IMG/VR virus record: IMGVR_UViG_3300027804_000063 | Location: 10,186-74,185 of that record | DNA from: a virus | Lineage: Duplodnaviria; Caudoviricetes | DNA length: 64,000 nucleotides | Strand: one strand, 5' to 3' | Part shown: positions 37,995 to 47,965 of the stretch, one piece after another | How the letters are laid out: the number at the start of each line of letters is the position of its first letter | How positions within the stretch are numbered: position 1 is the stretch's first letter | The notes under the pieces: model-generated | Databases searched by the model: none | The model's input: only the letters and a program-made list of their open reading frames with translations | What the model was told of the DNA's origin: nothing | Made by a program: the position numbers and the translations under genes

Positions 37995-38339
37995 CTACGG
38001 TCCTGTCTGTATACGAACATTGGCGTTCAATGTTCTGAGTGCGTCCAATGATGTTCGCACGGTCAATAGTTTTTCTCGTTTGGATTTAACTAACGCCTCG
38101 CTGATCTTATATGAGTATGCTTCGTCGGAAAGTTTGTAGTCCGCCCACGCTTCACGCTCCTTGATGGATCCCTTGGCGGCTAGGTACTCTTTAGCCCAAT
38201 TACTTTTCATTAGGGCATCTTTTTTGGCTGCGTCAACCGAAAGGACTTCAAATGCCTCGGTTTCTTCTTCAAGCATTCCCAATAAACGCATAATTTCAGA
38301 TTCAATTTCAACTTGAGATATCGGTTGCGACCTAGCCAT
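37995..38339 (-). CDS. Hypothetical helical protein
   Basis: Coupled to the RuvC gene. Confidence 0.7.
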   Translation of the reverse strand: MARSQPISQVEIESEIMRLLGMLEEETEAFEVLSVDAAKKDALMKSNWAKEYLAAKGSIKEREAWADYKLSDEAYSYKISEALVKSKREKLLTVRTSLDALRTLNANVRIQTGP

Positions 38340-38859
38340 TTTGTTCCTTTTCTAATTCTGAGAAATCACATTTTTTGAGAGCCAACATTTGATCGTGTGT
38401 CCAAGTATAGGTTGATAATCCCAAATATGTGAGCGTCATTTGTTCAAGGATCCACGCATCGCACCTGTCGTTGCCGTCGGCACTAGTAAAAGTTATTCCC
38501 GTTTTGGTGGTTATGGCGTTTATGACATCTGTTTTACCAGAGTTCCCTTTACCTGTGGCGAATTTTGCTCTACAGGTTGGCGGGATAATTACTATTTTTA
38601 GCCCAAGTTCTCTCATGGCGACTTTTACGATTCCGCCAAGTTCTCCGATGGAGTGGGCTTGAGAGTATTGGGAAGCATACGAATATCCTTCTATGGCGAC
38701 GATTTCTATCTGCTTTGTTTTGGCTATGGCGACTATTAAATCGCGTATTTCAATGAGGCGGGCTATGCTTTTTTGCTTGGATCGGATACTCGTCGTATCC
38801 CCGTCCACACTCACGCCAGTGCTTGTGAGCGAAAGATCCAAACCCATTATTTTCGCCAT
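38332..38859 (-). CDS. ruvC: RuvC-like Holliday junction resolvase
   Basis: MGLDLSLTSTG, AIEGY, GKGNSGK, DRCDA. Confidence 0.88.
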   Translation of the reverse strand: MAKIMGLDLSLTSTGVSVDGDTTSIRSKQKSIARLIEIRDLIVAIAKTKQIEIVAIEGYSYASQYSQAHSIGELGGIVKVAMRELGLKIVIIPPTCRAKFATGKGNSGKTDVINAITTKTGITFTSADGNDRCDAWILEQMTLTYLGLSTYTWTHDQMLALKKCDFSELEKEQNG

Positions 38860-38882
38860 TCCGTTGAGGTTACTATATTTTT

Positions 38883-39836
38883 ATGTCTCGTATTTTTATT
38901 GCTATCCCATCCTTTCAGGAAGAAGATTTACAAAATACAGTTGACAGCATTTTTTTGAATGCTTCAGATCCAAGCCGAATATTTGTTGGTATTTGCAATC
39001 AAAGAACGGATGGGCGCATGTTTGAAACATTTCAACGCTATGGCGATCATGTTCGTTCCGTAAACGTAAGTTCCCCACACCCGCTAGGTCTCGGTTTTGC
39101 GTACTATTCGGCATCACGATTGCTTTCGGATGAAGAATTCGTTTTACGCATAGATGCCCATACAAGAATGAAACCTAATTGGGATGAAACATTGATCGCT
39201 CACTACGAACTAATTGCGTCAAGCGAAAACACGAAAAATATTATCATTAGTCAATTAACAGGCGGATTTTTAAAAACTAATCCAAATAAAGAAGACTTTT
39301 TAAAATCAGACAAAGAAGACATATGGCTTCACGAAAAAGAACCGCCTAATACAAATGAGTGGGTCAACGAACTTGTGCGCCAATTTAAAAAACACGTTTT
39401 AGGCTCCAACCATCAATTTGCCGATAACTACTCGTGGACAGAAATTGATTTAGAAAAAGGTTATAAAGAAGTTCCCGTTATTTCTGGCTCATTTCATTTT
39501 AGTATTAACAAATTTTGGTTTGATTGTAGCCCTGACCCAAGAATAGAATTTTGGGGGGAGGAGCAGATCCTCGCCTTACGCGCATGGACGCGAGGGTATA
39601 AAATATTTTCCTTGAATACAAACACCCAGTTCACTAGCGGGAAACCCGATGATTACCTGAAAACAATAGGGGGCTCAGATTGGAGAAACAGTCAAACAAC
39701 TTTTAGCAATACCACAGCCATCAGTATTCTTGGCGGTTGCGAAATTGGCTATTACGGAGCAAAAAACATAAACCTATACACAGAATTCATTAAAAAGTTA
39801 GGTCTTGAAGGGATTGAGAACAGTGTCGGTCAATAA
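38883..39836 (+). CDS. GT60/Gnt1-like GlcNAc transferase (GT-A fold)
   Basis: IFIAIPSF...RIFVGICNQ...RIDAHTR...WD...GEEQILALRAWTRGY. Confidence 0.75.
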   Translation: MSRIFIAIPSFQEEDLQNTVDSIFLNASDPSRIFVGICNQRTDGRMFETFQRYGDHVRSVNVSSPHPLGLGFAYYSASRLLSDEEFVLRIDAHTRMKPNWDETLIAHYELIASSENTKNIIISQLTGGFLKTNPNKEDFLKSDKEDIWLHEKEPPNTNEWVNELVRQFKKHVLGSNHQFADNYSWTEIDLEKGYKEVPVISGSFHFSINKFWFDCSPDPRIEFWGEEQILALRAWTRGYKIFSLNTNTQFTSGKPDDYLKTIGGSDWRNSQTTFSNTTAISILGGCEIGYYGAKNINLYTEFIKKLGLEGIENSVGQ

Positions 39837-40260
39837 AAAATCTGCACCGCAAAAAACAGTTCTTTCCATTGAAAGACAAGGGGCGTGGGGGGATGTTTCG
39901 TATTACCATAGGCTTGAGTGTGGACACATTGAGGTAAGAAAACGGGCTTCTCCAAAACCAAAGATTGCATGTGCTTGGTGTGTGGTCGGCGAAGAAAAAG
40001 GCAAAGAACTTAAAGCGCTGACACTAATACAGCCCCCGACCGTTGAAGAGGTATGGGATTTCTATGACGATTTCAGCAACGAAGAAGTTGATGTTGCCCA
40101 ATTACGAGCAGGTGTTGCCAGCGCAATTGGTTGTCCACAGGACAGTATTGAAGTGATATCCGAGGTCGGTGAAGACAATGTGTTGCGTGTCAACTATGTG
40201 AGAATTTTCTTGGATATTGAGTTGGCGAAAAAAATCGGTAAATACTCAAAGAATATTTGA
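39823..40260 (+). CDS. Hypothetical protein
   Basis: HRLECGH...CAWC. Confidence 0.65.
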   Translation: MSVNKKSAPQKTVLSIERQGAWGDVSYYHRLECGHIEVRKRASPKPKIACAWCVVGEEKGKELKALTLIQPPTVEEVWDFYDDFSNEEVDVAQLRAGVASAIGCPQDSIEVISEVGEDNVLRVNYVRIFLDIELAKKIGKYSKNI

Positions 40261-40324
40261 AATTTCAATATTCTGGTTGTAGCGTAAGGCAGACATCGGA
40301 CGACCAAAATAGATCGGGGGAATT

Positions 40325-40678
40325 TTGAAGACTAAAGAAATTGACGATTTTTTTGATACAAAAAAAGCCGCGTGTAGAGGAGAAGACATTACCTTGTTTT
40401 TTCCTAATTTGCCTGCTGGTCAAACTCGTAAAGATGTTCAGTTGGCAAAACAATTGTGTGATCAATGTGAAGTTGTTGAAGGCTGTTTAGAGTATTCACT
40501 TCACTTTGAGCCAATGGGTTTTTGGGGCGGCAAAACTGAAGTAGAGAGAGAAGTTTTACGAAGAAGTAAAAATATTTCTTTACCAATGGATCGCCGACCC
40601 TCGCCCTCTGCTCGCAGAGCCGCCAACGCAGGACGATTGCGTAAAACCGCGAAACGACTAGACTTAGCGAATGGGTAA
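40325..40678 (+). CDS. whiB: WhiB family transcription factor (second copy)
   Basis: AACRG...LFFP...CDQCEVVEGC...GFWGG. Confidence 0.92.
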   Translation: MKTKEIDDFFDTKKAACRGEDITLFFPNLPAGQTRKDVQLAKQLCDQCEVVEGCLEYSLHFEPMGFWGGKTEVEREVLRRSKNISLPMDRRPSPSARRAANAGRLRKTAKRLDLANG

Positions 40679-42425
40679 TGTTTCAGTCCCACAGCATGTT
40701 GACAAATTCCTTTCTAGATTAAACGGGGTTCGTCCAACTAGTAACGGGTGGGAAGCACGATGCCCATGTCGCAACGACGACGAAAACCCTTCCCTGTCTG
40801 TGGGACTCGGCAACGAAGAAAAGATTTTAGTTACCTGCCACCGCGGTCAGGGTTGCTCGGTTGATGAGGTTTGTAAATCCGTTGGATTGCAATTGTCTGA
40901 TTTGTATCCACCTAAAAAAGAAGAACGAAAATTATCTCTCGTCGCAACATATGACTATCGCGACGAGCGTGGGCAACTTCTTTTTCAGAAACAGCGATTC
41001 GTGGATCAATGGGGTAAGAAAACTTTCCGCCAACGACGTCCAGACCCTGTCAATAAGGGTAGATACATTTTTTCTCTTGATGACACACCGAAAGTTTTAT
41101 ATCGCCTTCCCGATGTTCTTCATGCCAAAGCGAACAACGAAGTTATCTGGCTTGTGGAGGGCGAGAAAGATGCGGACAATTTAGTCAAGTTGGGTATCTG
41201 CGCCACAACCCCTCCGAACGGTGCGGGGAAGTGGCTTGATATTCATACGCGCGCTCTTGAGGGCGCCCATGTTTACATCATTGCGGACAATGACGCCGTT
41301 GGTCGTGAACACGCACAGATGGTATCTCGGACACTTGAACAGAACGGTTGCACTGTAGTTAGTTGGGTTCCGCCTAATGGTTTTAAAGATGTTTCGGATT
41401 TGTTGGCTGCTCGCGGGTCAATTGATGACCTTGTGGAAATGAAATTTGCTGAACCGCTAGATGACATAGTTGATCATGAGGAAGAGGAACAGCAAACTGA
41501 CGCAATCATTGAGGCGACAACGCCACTAAGTGCTCTTGCTGAAAGAATAAGTGACCTGCTTCAGCGAGAAGATATTTCCGAAAATGTGAGGCTTACGAAA
41601 GCATCAATGCTTATCGGCTCATTCGGACATGAAGACGAGATTGACCGAGGCAGGCTAGTTAATTGGTCGGATTTTCTTCTTGAAAACGAAAACGATGAAT
41701 ACGATTGGGTTATCCCAAATGTTTTGGAGCGTGGAGAGCGTGTAATTGTTGTTGCTGCGGAGGGTGTGGGTAAAACCATGCTTGCAAGACAGATAGCGAT
41801 TTGCAGTTCTTTTGGTATTAACCCGTTCAATTTCTCGCGGATGAAGCCGATCAGAACATTAACTATTGACCTTGAAAACCCTGAGCGAATTATTCGCAGG
41901 ACTTCAGCAAACATTATGGGCGCAGCCCGTAATCTCGGCTACCTGCAAGGCGACCCAGAGTGCCATATTTTGATAAAGCCGTCAGGTGTTGACTTGATGC
42001 GTGCATCTGATAGGTCAATTATTGAAGAGGCAGTTGAGACGGTGAAACCAGATTTAATCCTTCTCGGTCCTATTTATAAGTCTTTTGTTGATCCCGGCGG
42101 AAGAACTTCAGAATCAATCACTGTTGAAGTAGCCAAATATTTTGACATGCTACGCGACTACTATAACTGTTCCCTTTGGCTTGAACACCACGCCCCTTTA
42201 GGCACATCTTCATCAACACGAGATTTACGACCTTTCGGTTCCGCTGTTTGGTCACGCTGGCCGGAATTCGGTCTCTCTCTAACTCCCGACCCAACGGCGG
42301 TGGGTGAATATGTTTATGATGTGCGCCATTTCCGCGGTGCGCGAGACCTCCGTGCTTTTCCGACTAAAATGAGAAGAGGGAAAGTGTTCCCATTTGAAGT
42401 TATTGAATTTATGAAAGCGTCCTGA
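40671..42425 (+). CDS. Primase-helicase (Zn finger, TOPRIM, RepA/AAA_25 ATPase)
   Basis: CPC...PSLSV...CHRGQGC; VEGEKDAD; ADND; AEGVGKT. Confidence 0.9.
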   Translation: MGNVSVPQHVDKFLSRLNGVRPTSNGWEARCPCRNDDENPSLSVGLGNEEKILVTCHRGQGCSVDEVCKSVGLQLSDLYPPKKEERKLSLVATYDYRDERGQLLFQKQRFVDQWGKKTFRQRRPDPVNKGRYIFSLDDTPKVLYRLPDVLHAKANNEVIWLVEGEKDADNLVKLGICATTPPNGAGKWLDIHTRALEGAHVYIIADNDAVGREHAQMVSRTLEQNGCTVVSWVPPNGFKDVSDLLAARGSIDDLVEMKFAEPLDDIVDHEEEEQQTDAIIEATTPLSALAERISDLLQREDISENVRLTKASMLIGSFGHEDEIDRGRLVNWSDFLLENENDEYDWVIPNVLERGERVIVVAAEGVGKTMLARQIAICSSFGINPFNFSRMKPIRTLTIDLENPERIIRRTSANIMGAARNLGYLQGDPECHILIKPSGVDLMRASDRSIIEEAVETVKPDLILLGPIYKSFVDPGGRTSESITVEVAKYFDMLRDYYNCSLWLEHHAPLGTSSSTRDLRPFGSAVWSRWPEFGLSLTPDPTAVGEYVYDVRHFRGARDLRAFPTKMRRGKVFPFEVIEFMKAS

Positions 42426-42426
42426 C

Positions 42427-43068
42427 ATGGCAGAAAAAGGGTTGACACGAGAGTTTCTTGCTGAGCGGGATTTGCGTATCTTCAAGATGCGTCAGGCTGG
42501 TGTGCCGATTGCGGAGATCGCACGTCGTTTCGGTATAGGAACTTCTAATGTCTCGCACTCTATTCGTAGACAGTTGGGGAAATTGAATCAAGAGGCTTTG
42601 CTTGCCTACCCTGAGGTGTTGCAAATGGAACTTGAACGATTGGATGCTTTGCAGTCCGCGATCTGGCCGCTAACGCAACATAGAAAACAAAAGATGGATG
42701 ATGGGACAGAGGTTTCCATAGAGCCAGATATCAAGGCTGTGTCTACCGTTTTGTCAATTATTGATCGTCGCGCAAAACTTCTTGGCATGGAACAAACAAA
42801 TGTCAATGTTCAGATGGATGTTCGTGATTCTTCCCCAATTCGTGCCGTGTTGGCAGGTGCTCCCGGTGTTGTTCAAACAGAAAAATTTGATTCAGAGGCT
42901 GAAGCCAAAAAACTTTTGATGTTGATGGGTGATGCGGGGATCATGCCGAAAGAAACAATTAGGGAATTGCTTGGAGATCTTCCTGCGTTGAGCGACGGTG
43001 AAGATGACATTGAGGATGGGGAGATTGTGGAGACGGAAAAATCTCCCACAGAGATAGAACCCATCTAA
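42427..43068 (+). CDS. HTH protein, possibly terminase small subunit-like
   Basis: N-terminal HTH; LERLDAL...IIDRRAKLLG. Confidence 0.6.
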   Translation: MAEKGLTREFLAERDLRIFKMRQAGVPIAEIARRFGIGTSNVSHSIRRQLGKLNQEALLAYPEVLQMELERLDALQSAIWPLTQHRKQKMDDGTEVSIEPDIKAVSTVLSIIDRRAKLLGMEQTNVNVQMDVRDSSPIRAVLAGAPGVVQTEKFDSEAEAKKLLMLMGDAGIMPKETIRELLGDLPALSDGEDDIEDGEIVETEKSPTEIEPI

Positions 43069-43126
43069 TTTCGTGAAGTGATGGTTTCGTTCAGATCATC
43101 ACAAAAAAAGATGGCATTATAGGTGC

Positions 43127-43300
43127 ATGATTTTTTCACTTATTATAATTCTAGTTCTTGCCGTTTCCCTCCACCTGTTTGTCATGCGATCCATTGATTC
43201 GTTTGAAGGCTATGGCGGTGGCGGATCATTCCGCGAGTGGGAACAATTTGAGGCTAAATATCGGACATACCTCAACGACAATCATTCGTCACTGATTTAG
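43127..43300 (+). CDS. Small membrane protein
   Basis: MIFSLIIILVLAVSLHLFV...; below the ORF-track cutoff. Confidence 0.5.
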   Translation: MIFSLIIILVLAVSLHLFVMRSIDSFEGYGGGGSFREWEQFEAKYRTYLNDNHSSLI

Positions 43301-43303
43301 TAT

Positions 43304-44062
43304 CTACCGAAAATCAAAATAGTATTTTCCATTCCATTGTTTTATTTTTGGGTTAGCGGCTAATTCAACCATCGTGTTGAAATATGTTTCGTCTTTAGCC
43401 TGCTCATTGTGAAGCGTATTTGTGTAGTGACCGATAATCGCTCGCCTCAAGATTGATGTATCAGTTGGTATTAGCGCACGGTGAAGCAGGTTTCCGTGCC
43501 ATATCAATACGTCGCCTTTTTCGCCAAGAAAAGTGAATGGTTCTATATCACTATGATCTTGTATGGCTTGTTTAATGTATTTATTTACCCACCGCCCATC
43601 TATGATTTCGCCGCTATCCTCCCCAAAGTAGGTGGAATATTTATCTAGTTCCCAGTTATGTGATGTCGGGATAAGTTGAAATGGTCCTGCTTCGGGATGT
43701 ATTTTTTCTGAAGCAACCCAAGCGCCAATGTAATTGTTGTATGCGGTCGGGTTTGAGAAAACCGAGTCTTGATGCCAAGGTTTTTGGCTACTTGTTCCCC
43801 ATGTGTCAACTCTATGTAAAGCAACAGCGAGTTGAATTTCATCAAAAAAGTTGTAGATGCTGTGGTGACACATTACATCCATGATTTCGGGATGGTTGAG
43901 ATATTCAAACTCGTTTTTCCAGCCAAAATTGTTGCCATGTTCGTCAAAGTTGGAGGAGTTATCCCTATTCCACGCATCAAGGTATTTATCTAACAGTTCA
44001 TGTTCTATTGCTTGTTTTAATACGACATAACCATTTGTTTTAAAAAATTCAAAGTGGTTCAT
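43304..44062 (-). CDS. Phytanoyl-CoA dioxygenase (PhyH) family 2OG-Fe(II) oxygenase
   Basis: NGYVVL, WHQDS, KGDVLIWHGNLLHR. Confidence 0.88.
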   Translation of the reverse strand: MNHFEFFKTNGYVVLKQAIEHELLDKYLDAWNRDNSSNFDEHGNNFGWKNEFEYLNHPEIMDVMCHHSIYNFFDEIQLAVALHRVDTWGTSSQKPWHQDSVFSNPTAYNNYIGAWVASEKIHPEAGPFQLIPTSHNWELDKYSTYFGEDSGEIIDGRWVNKYIKQAIQDHSDIEPFTFLGEKGDVLIWHGNLLHRALIPTDTSILRRAIIGHYTNTLHNEQAKDETYFNTMVELAANPKIKQWNGKYYFDFR

Positions 44063-44064
44063 CG

Positions 44065-44894
44065 TTATTCTTCTCGTTTTTTGCGATTCTTCTTTCCGAC
44101 TGGTCCGTGGATGTCGTGTGTGCGTAATGGGTCGTTTGGCGCTGTGCGTACACGCTTTTTCCCTGCTTTTCTTCCGGGGATCGTTTCCTGTTGTTTGGTG
44201 ATCGGGTTTATACGGGTACGCTGATTACCACCAGATTTGCTTTTGTCACCAGATTTTGCCATTAAACATCGTCCCTATAGAAAATTTCAAATCCGCAGTG
44301 CATAACTGCTGATGCAAGTGTACCAAAGTACACTTCTCTGTCTATTGAGGTATCCAATGGTTCTGGTGGAAGTTTGAGTGATGCTTTAAGGGCTGCGGGA
44401 TATTCAATGTCTCTCATAACTTTCCCACCGTTGAACCAAAGGGCATCGCCAAAGTCAACTTTTCTTCCAAGTTTAACTTTGTATGGGAGTGCAACGAATA
44501 TGTGATCATCAACTTTGAGATGGGTGAAAGATACACATTCGGTAACTGGTGAATTCGCTGATGCAAACAGATGGGCGAGGTTTTCCCCATAGGTTTGGGC
44601 TGGCGCCATTGAGCAGTACCCCTCGGCGGCGAGCGTGTATTCGGTTATGCCCCATCCTCGCCTCATGATTACTGAAGCCTCTATTACTGATTTTATGCGA
44701 TCGTCTTTGGGGATTGAAAAGGTATCTTTAAGTTGAACAATTGTAGCCAACTCATTATCTTTCCACCCAAATATATTAATATTTAAATCAGAGCCAATTC
44801 CATCTTCTTCTATTAATGATGCTTTAGCAGTTTTTATAGATTCGGCGCAGAGGGCTATTTTGTCCAAATCTGTTTCATAAAAACCTGTGTACAT
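44065..44894 (-). CDS. Two hypothetical ORFs (44065-44262 basic; 44262-44894)
   Basis: Coupled ORFs. Confidence 0.65.
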
Positions 44895-44976
44895 GTAAGG
44901 TAACCCTACCTTATTTGATGCGGGTCAAAATAAAGGGGTTGCATTTTGGCGTACGTCTTTGTACTAGGGTTTTTTT

Positions 44977-45288
44977 ATGGCAACAAAACAACCTAAAAAA
45001 TCAAATAAAAAGAAGGCTCCTGTGACCAATAAAAAGAAGGCTCCTGCCAAGAAGGCTCCAGCAAAGAAGGCTCCAGCGAAGAAGGCATCTGCACCTAAAA
45101 CCAAGGGGAAGGTTGCCTCTGTGGATCCATTTTTATTGGAAAAAGCCGTTGAAACTAAGCCTCAATTTGCTACCGCTGAGAAGTTAATGAAGACCATTGC
45201 ACAGCAACCTACTGTTGTTCGCGCAAACGATCTGAAATCGTCTTCACTTCGTAAACGAATGCTTGCGTGGTTTAAACTTTCCAAGTAG
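44977..45288 (+). CDS. Histone H1-like/PAKK-repeat basic protein
   Basis: KKAPAKKAPAKKAPAKKASAPK. Confidence 0.7.
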   Translation: MATKQPKKSNKKKAPVTNKKKAPAKKAPAKKAPAKKASAPKTKGKVASVDPFLLEKAVETKPQFATAEKLMKTIAQQPTVVRANDLKSSSLRKRMLAWFKLSK

Positions 45289-45321
45289 TCTTTACCCCAA
45301 TGTGGGGTCTACGAAAGGATA

Positions 45322-46704
45322 ATGATGAATGAGGCTGATAGTGGGCTGCGCATAGATATTGACAAGAATATTCTTCTCGGTGATGTCCGCGAAACATTGG
45401 CTTCACTGCCGGACAACAGCGTTCATTGCGTTGTTACCTCCCCACCATATTGGGGTTTGCGGGATTACGGAACCGCAACTTGGATTGGCGGGGATCCGTC
45501 ATGCTCTCATAAACGAGATAGTAAATTCAGTGAAAGTTGCTCCACTGGACAAAAACTTTTAGAGGGTGCAATCGGCGACGGTATATATAAAGTTCAATGC
45601 CCTCGTTGCGGTGCGATGCGTGAGGATAGCCAACTCGGTCTTGAGCCAACTGTTGATGAATATGTTGAACACATGGTTCAAGTATTTCGTGAGGTTAGAC
45701 GAGTTCTACGAGATGATGGGACTCTTTGGTTGAATCTAGGCGACTCATACGCTGGTAGTAACGGCAACGGGTGGAAACAAAGCATTGCTTCAACCAACGC
45801 TTCAAATGCTGGCGGGGAGAATGAAGATTTTCGTGCCAAAATCGGCAGAGATGATGGAGATCTAAAGCCAAAAGATTTAGTCGGTGTGCCGTGGCGTGTT
45901 GCTTTTGCTCTGCAAGCAGATGGGTGGTATTTGCGTCAAGACATTATTTGGGCTAAACCAAACCCAATGCCAGAGTCTGTGCGCGATAGATGCACCAAAG
46001 CCCATGAATACATTTTTCTATTAACGAAGAAATCTCACTATTTCTTTGATAGTGAGGCAATCAAGGAACCAGCAAAATATGCTTACGATGACAGGGGGTC
46101 TCGTGCGGATAGCCGTAAGGAAGCAGGGATATCAAACGCGATGCACGGGTCAACTGGTGCATTCAAGAACAAGAGGTCGGTATGGACGGTAACAACGAAG
46201 CCTTTCAAGGGCGCACATTTCGCTACATTTCCACAGGACTTGATAGAGCCTTGTATTGCTGCTGGTACGAGCGAGAAGGGGTGTTGTGCGCAATGTGGCT
46301 CACCAGTGGTGAGACAAGTGTCAAGGAAACGGATCGCACGGAACGAGTTGCCGACGGACGATCCGAGGTATCGCCCAAACGATTACAACGGCGCGTATGG
46401 AGAAATCAATGGAAAAGGCGACGCAGGGTTTTCTCAGACCGAAACAGTGGGTTGGGCTAAAGAGTGTAAATGTGAAACAGAAGAGATTGTTCCGTGTACT
46501 GTATTAGATGTGTTTTTTGGTGCTGGTACTACAGGGGTTGTCGCGCAGAGGCTTGGTCGGGCGTATCTTGGGTGCGAACTAAACCCTGAATATGCGCAAA
46601 TAGCCACAAATCGTTTGGTTGATGAGAAAGAAAAAAATCGGCTCCTGATTCTCGCGCGAGAAGCACAACAGTCTTTGTTTGAGGTTTCTTTTGATGGGCG
46701 ATAA
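45322..46704 (+). CDS. DNA methyltransferase, N4-C/N6-A, beta class, with Cys-rich insertions
   Basis: TSPPYWGLRDY; HFATFP; VLDVFFGAGTT; CPRC and CCAQC insertions. Confidence 0.92.
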   Translation: MMNEADSGLRIDIDKNILLGDVRETLASLPDNSVHCVVTSPPYWGLRDYGTATWIGGDPSCSHKRDSKFSESCSTGQKLLEGAIGDGIYKVQCPRCGAMREDSQLGLEPTVDEYVEHMVQVFREVRRVLRDDGTLWLNLGDSYAGSNGNGWKQSIASTNASNAGGENEDFRAKIGRDDGDLKPKDLVGVPWRVAFALQADGWYLRQDIIWAKPNPMPESVRDRCTKAHEYIFLLTKKSHYFFDSEAIKEPAKYAYDDRGSRADSRKEAGISNAMHGSTGAFKNKRSVWTVTTKPFKGAHFATFPQDLIEPCIAAGTSEKGCCAQCGSPVVRQVSRKRIARNELPTDDPRYRPNDYNGAYGEINGKGDAGFSQTETVGWAKECKCETEEIVPCTVLDVFFGAGTTGVVAQRLGRAYLGCELNPEYAQIATNRLVDEKEKNRLLILAREAQQSLFEVSFDGR

Positions 46705-46763
46705 ATGATGTATTATTTATTCCTGTAGTAAGCAACTAGTTTTAATTGACTTGGAGGTCAATA

Positions 46764-47195
46764 ATGTCAGCATCAGCCCCTCTTCTTCTCCCAATGACAG
46801 TTAACGGCGTTGTTGCAACGACCTCAACTGTTGTCGCTCGCACTCCTGTCGCAGGTCGTGTTCGTGGCATCACCGTTGCTGTTGGTACCGCACCTGCTGG
46901 TTCGGTTCTCAGTGGAACTGTCCGCAAGACTTCATCTTCGGGAACTGTTATCGGAACTTGGTCAATCGCAGCCGCTGGAACTTCAGCAGTAGCAACCATG
47001 TCGTCAACTGATGGCGCCGACGAACTTGCCGCTGACGATCTCATCGTGTTGGTTGTTGGTGCAGTCGGTTCGGGAACCGCTGGTTCAAACCTCACCGCAC
47101 TTCTTCAAATTGATCAATCAGCCGACCAAGATGGTTCGGATGTTGTTTCAGTAGCAACACTTCGCGGTTCACACCCAGGTGGCGTTGTAGCCTGA
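46764..47195 (+). CDS. Ala/Gly/Ser/Thr/Val-rich beta protein, possibly a virion decoration protein
   Basis: GGAGG SD; composition; terminator hairpin at ~47233-47270. Confidence 0.55.
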   Translation: MSASAPLLLPMTVNGVVATTSTVVARTPVAGRVRGITVAVGTAPAGSVLSGTVRKTSSSGTVIGTWSIAAAGTSAVATMSSTDGADELAADDLIVLVVGAVGSGTAGSNLTALLQIDQSADQDGSDVVSVATLRGSHPGGVVA

Positions 47196-47336
47196 TAATT
47201 AAGTAAGTAAAAATTTAAACCCGACAAGTAGTTGGTCCCCCACATCCGTGCAGGTCTGTGGGGGATCAACTATTTATGGCGTTAAAACTTGCGCAGATTG
47301 CAAGTTTTATGCCTTTAAAACCCATTAACGCAAGTT

Positions 47337-47956
47337 TTATGGTTTTAAAACCGTTATTGCGACTCTATCGCTTGCCTTCTTCAGAAGAGAAATTGCTTCA
47401 TCTTTAGTATGAGCATTACACCACTCTGCTATTTCTTTATTGATTATTAGTTCTAGATATTCACAAAAAAATCTTGCCCTTCCACACATAAATGGTGGGA
47501 CACCGCATTCTTCGGGTTCTGTAAGACCTTCTGCAAGCAGTTTTTCTTTTGCTCCGCAGGCAAGAAGTATCGCACCCCAAATATCTATCTCTTTGGTGTA
47601 TGGATCGTATGTATTGTGTTGGGAGAACCCATTTACCAATATGAGTTTAGATGCTTTGTCGTAGATGCGATGAGCGCCTAAATCTTTCAGTGTTGGAAAC
47701 ATTATTGCTGTAATCCATTTTTGAAACAAAGGTCGGCGTATGCTTCGTTAGGGTTCGCCCCTATGCCTACAGTTTGTTTGTACTCGTCGGTGAACAGATC
47801 ATATGCTTCACAGTCATCACCTTCAAAATAGTTAATCATCGGCTCGGTGAATTCATTGCATTCAGGGAATGCAATCCACTTGCCCCCCTCGTATATGCCC
47901 CCATACCGTGCTTCTCGTATAACAACTGGGTAAAGGTCAATAAGTTTTTTGGTCAT
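47337..47956 (-). CDS. Two hypothetical ORFs (47337-47729 and 47702-47956)
   Basis: ORFs downstream of nrdJ. Confidence 0.6.
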
Positions 47957-47965
47957 GCGACTACT

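Noticed and set aside
44995-45085. Tandem AAGAAGGCTCC repeats
   Set aside because: Fully explained by the coding PAKK repeats
47283-47341. TAAAACTTGC/GCAAGTTTTA hairpin with partial duplication
   Set aside because: Sits between convergent genes and is adequately explained as a terminator
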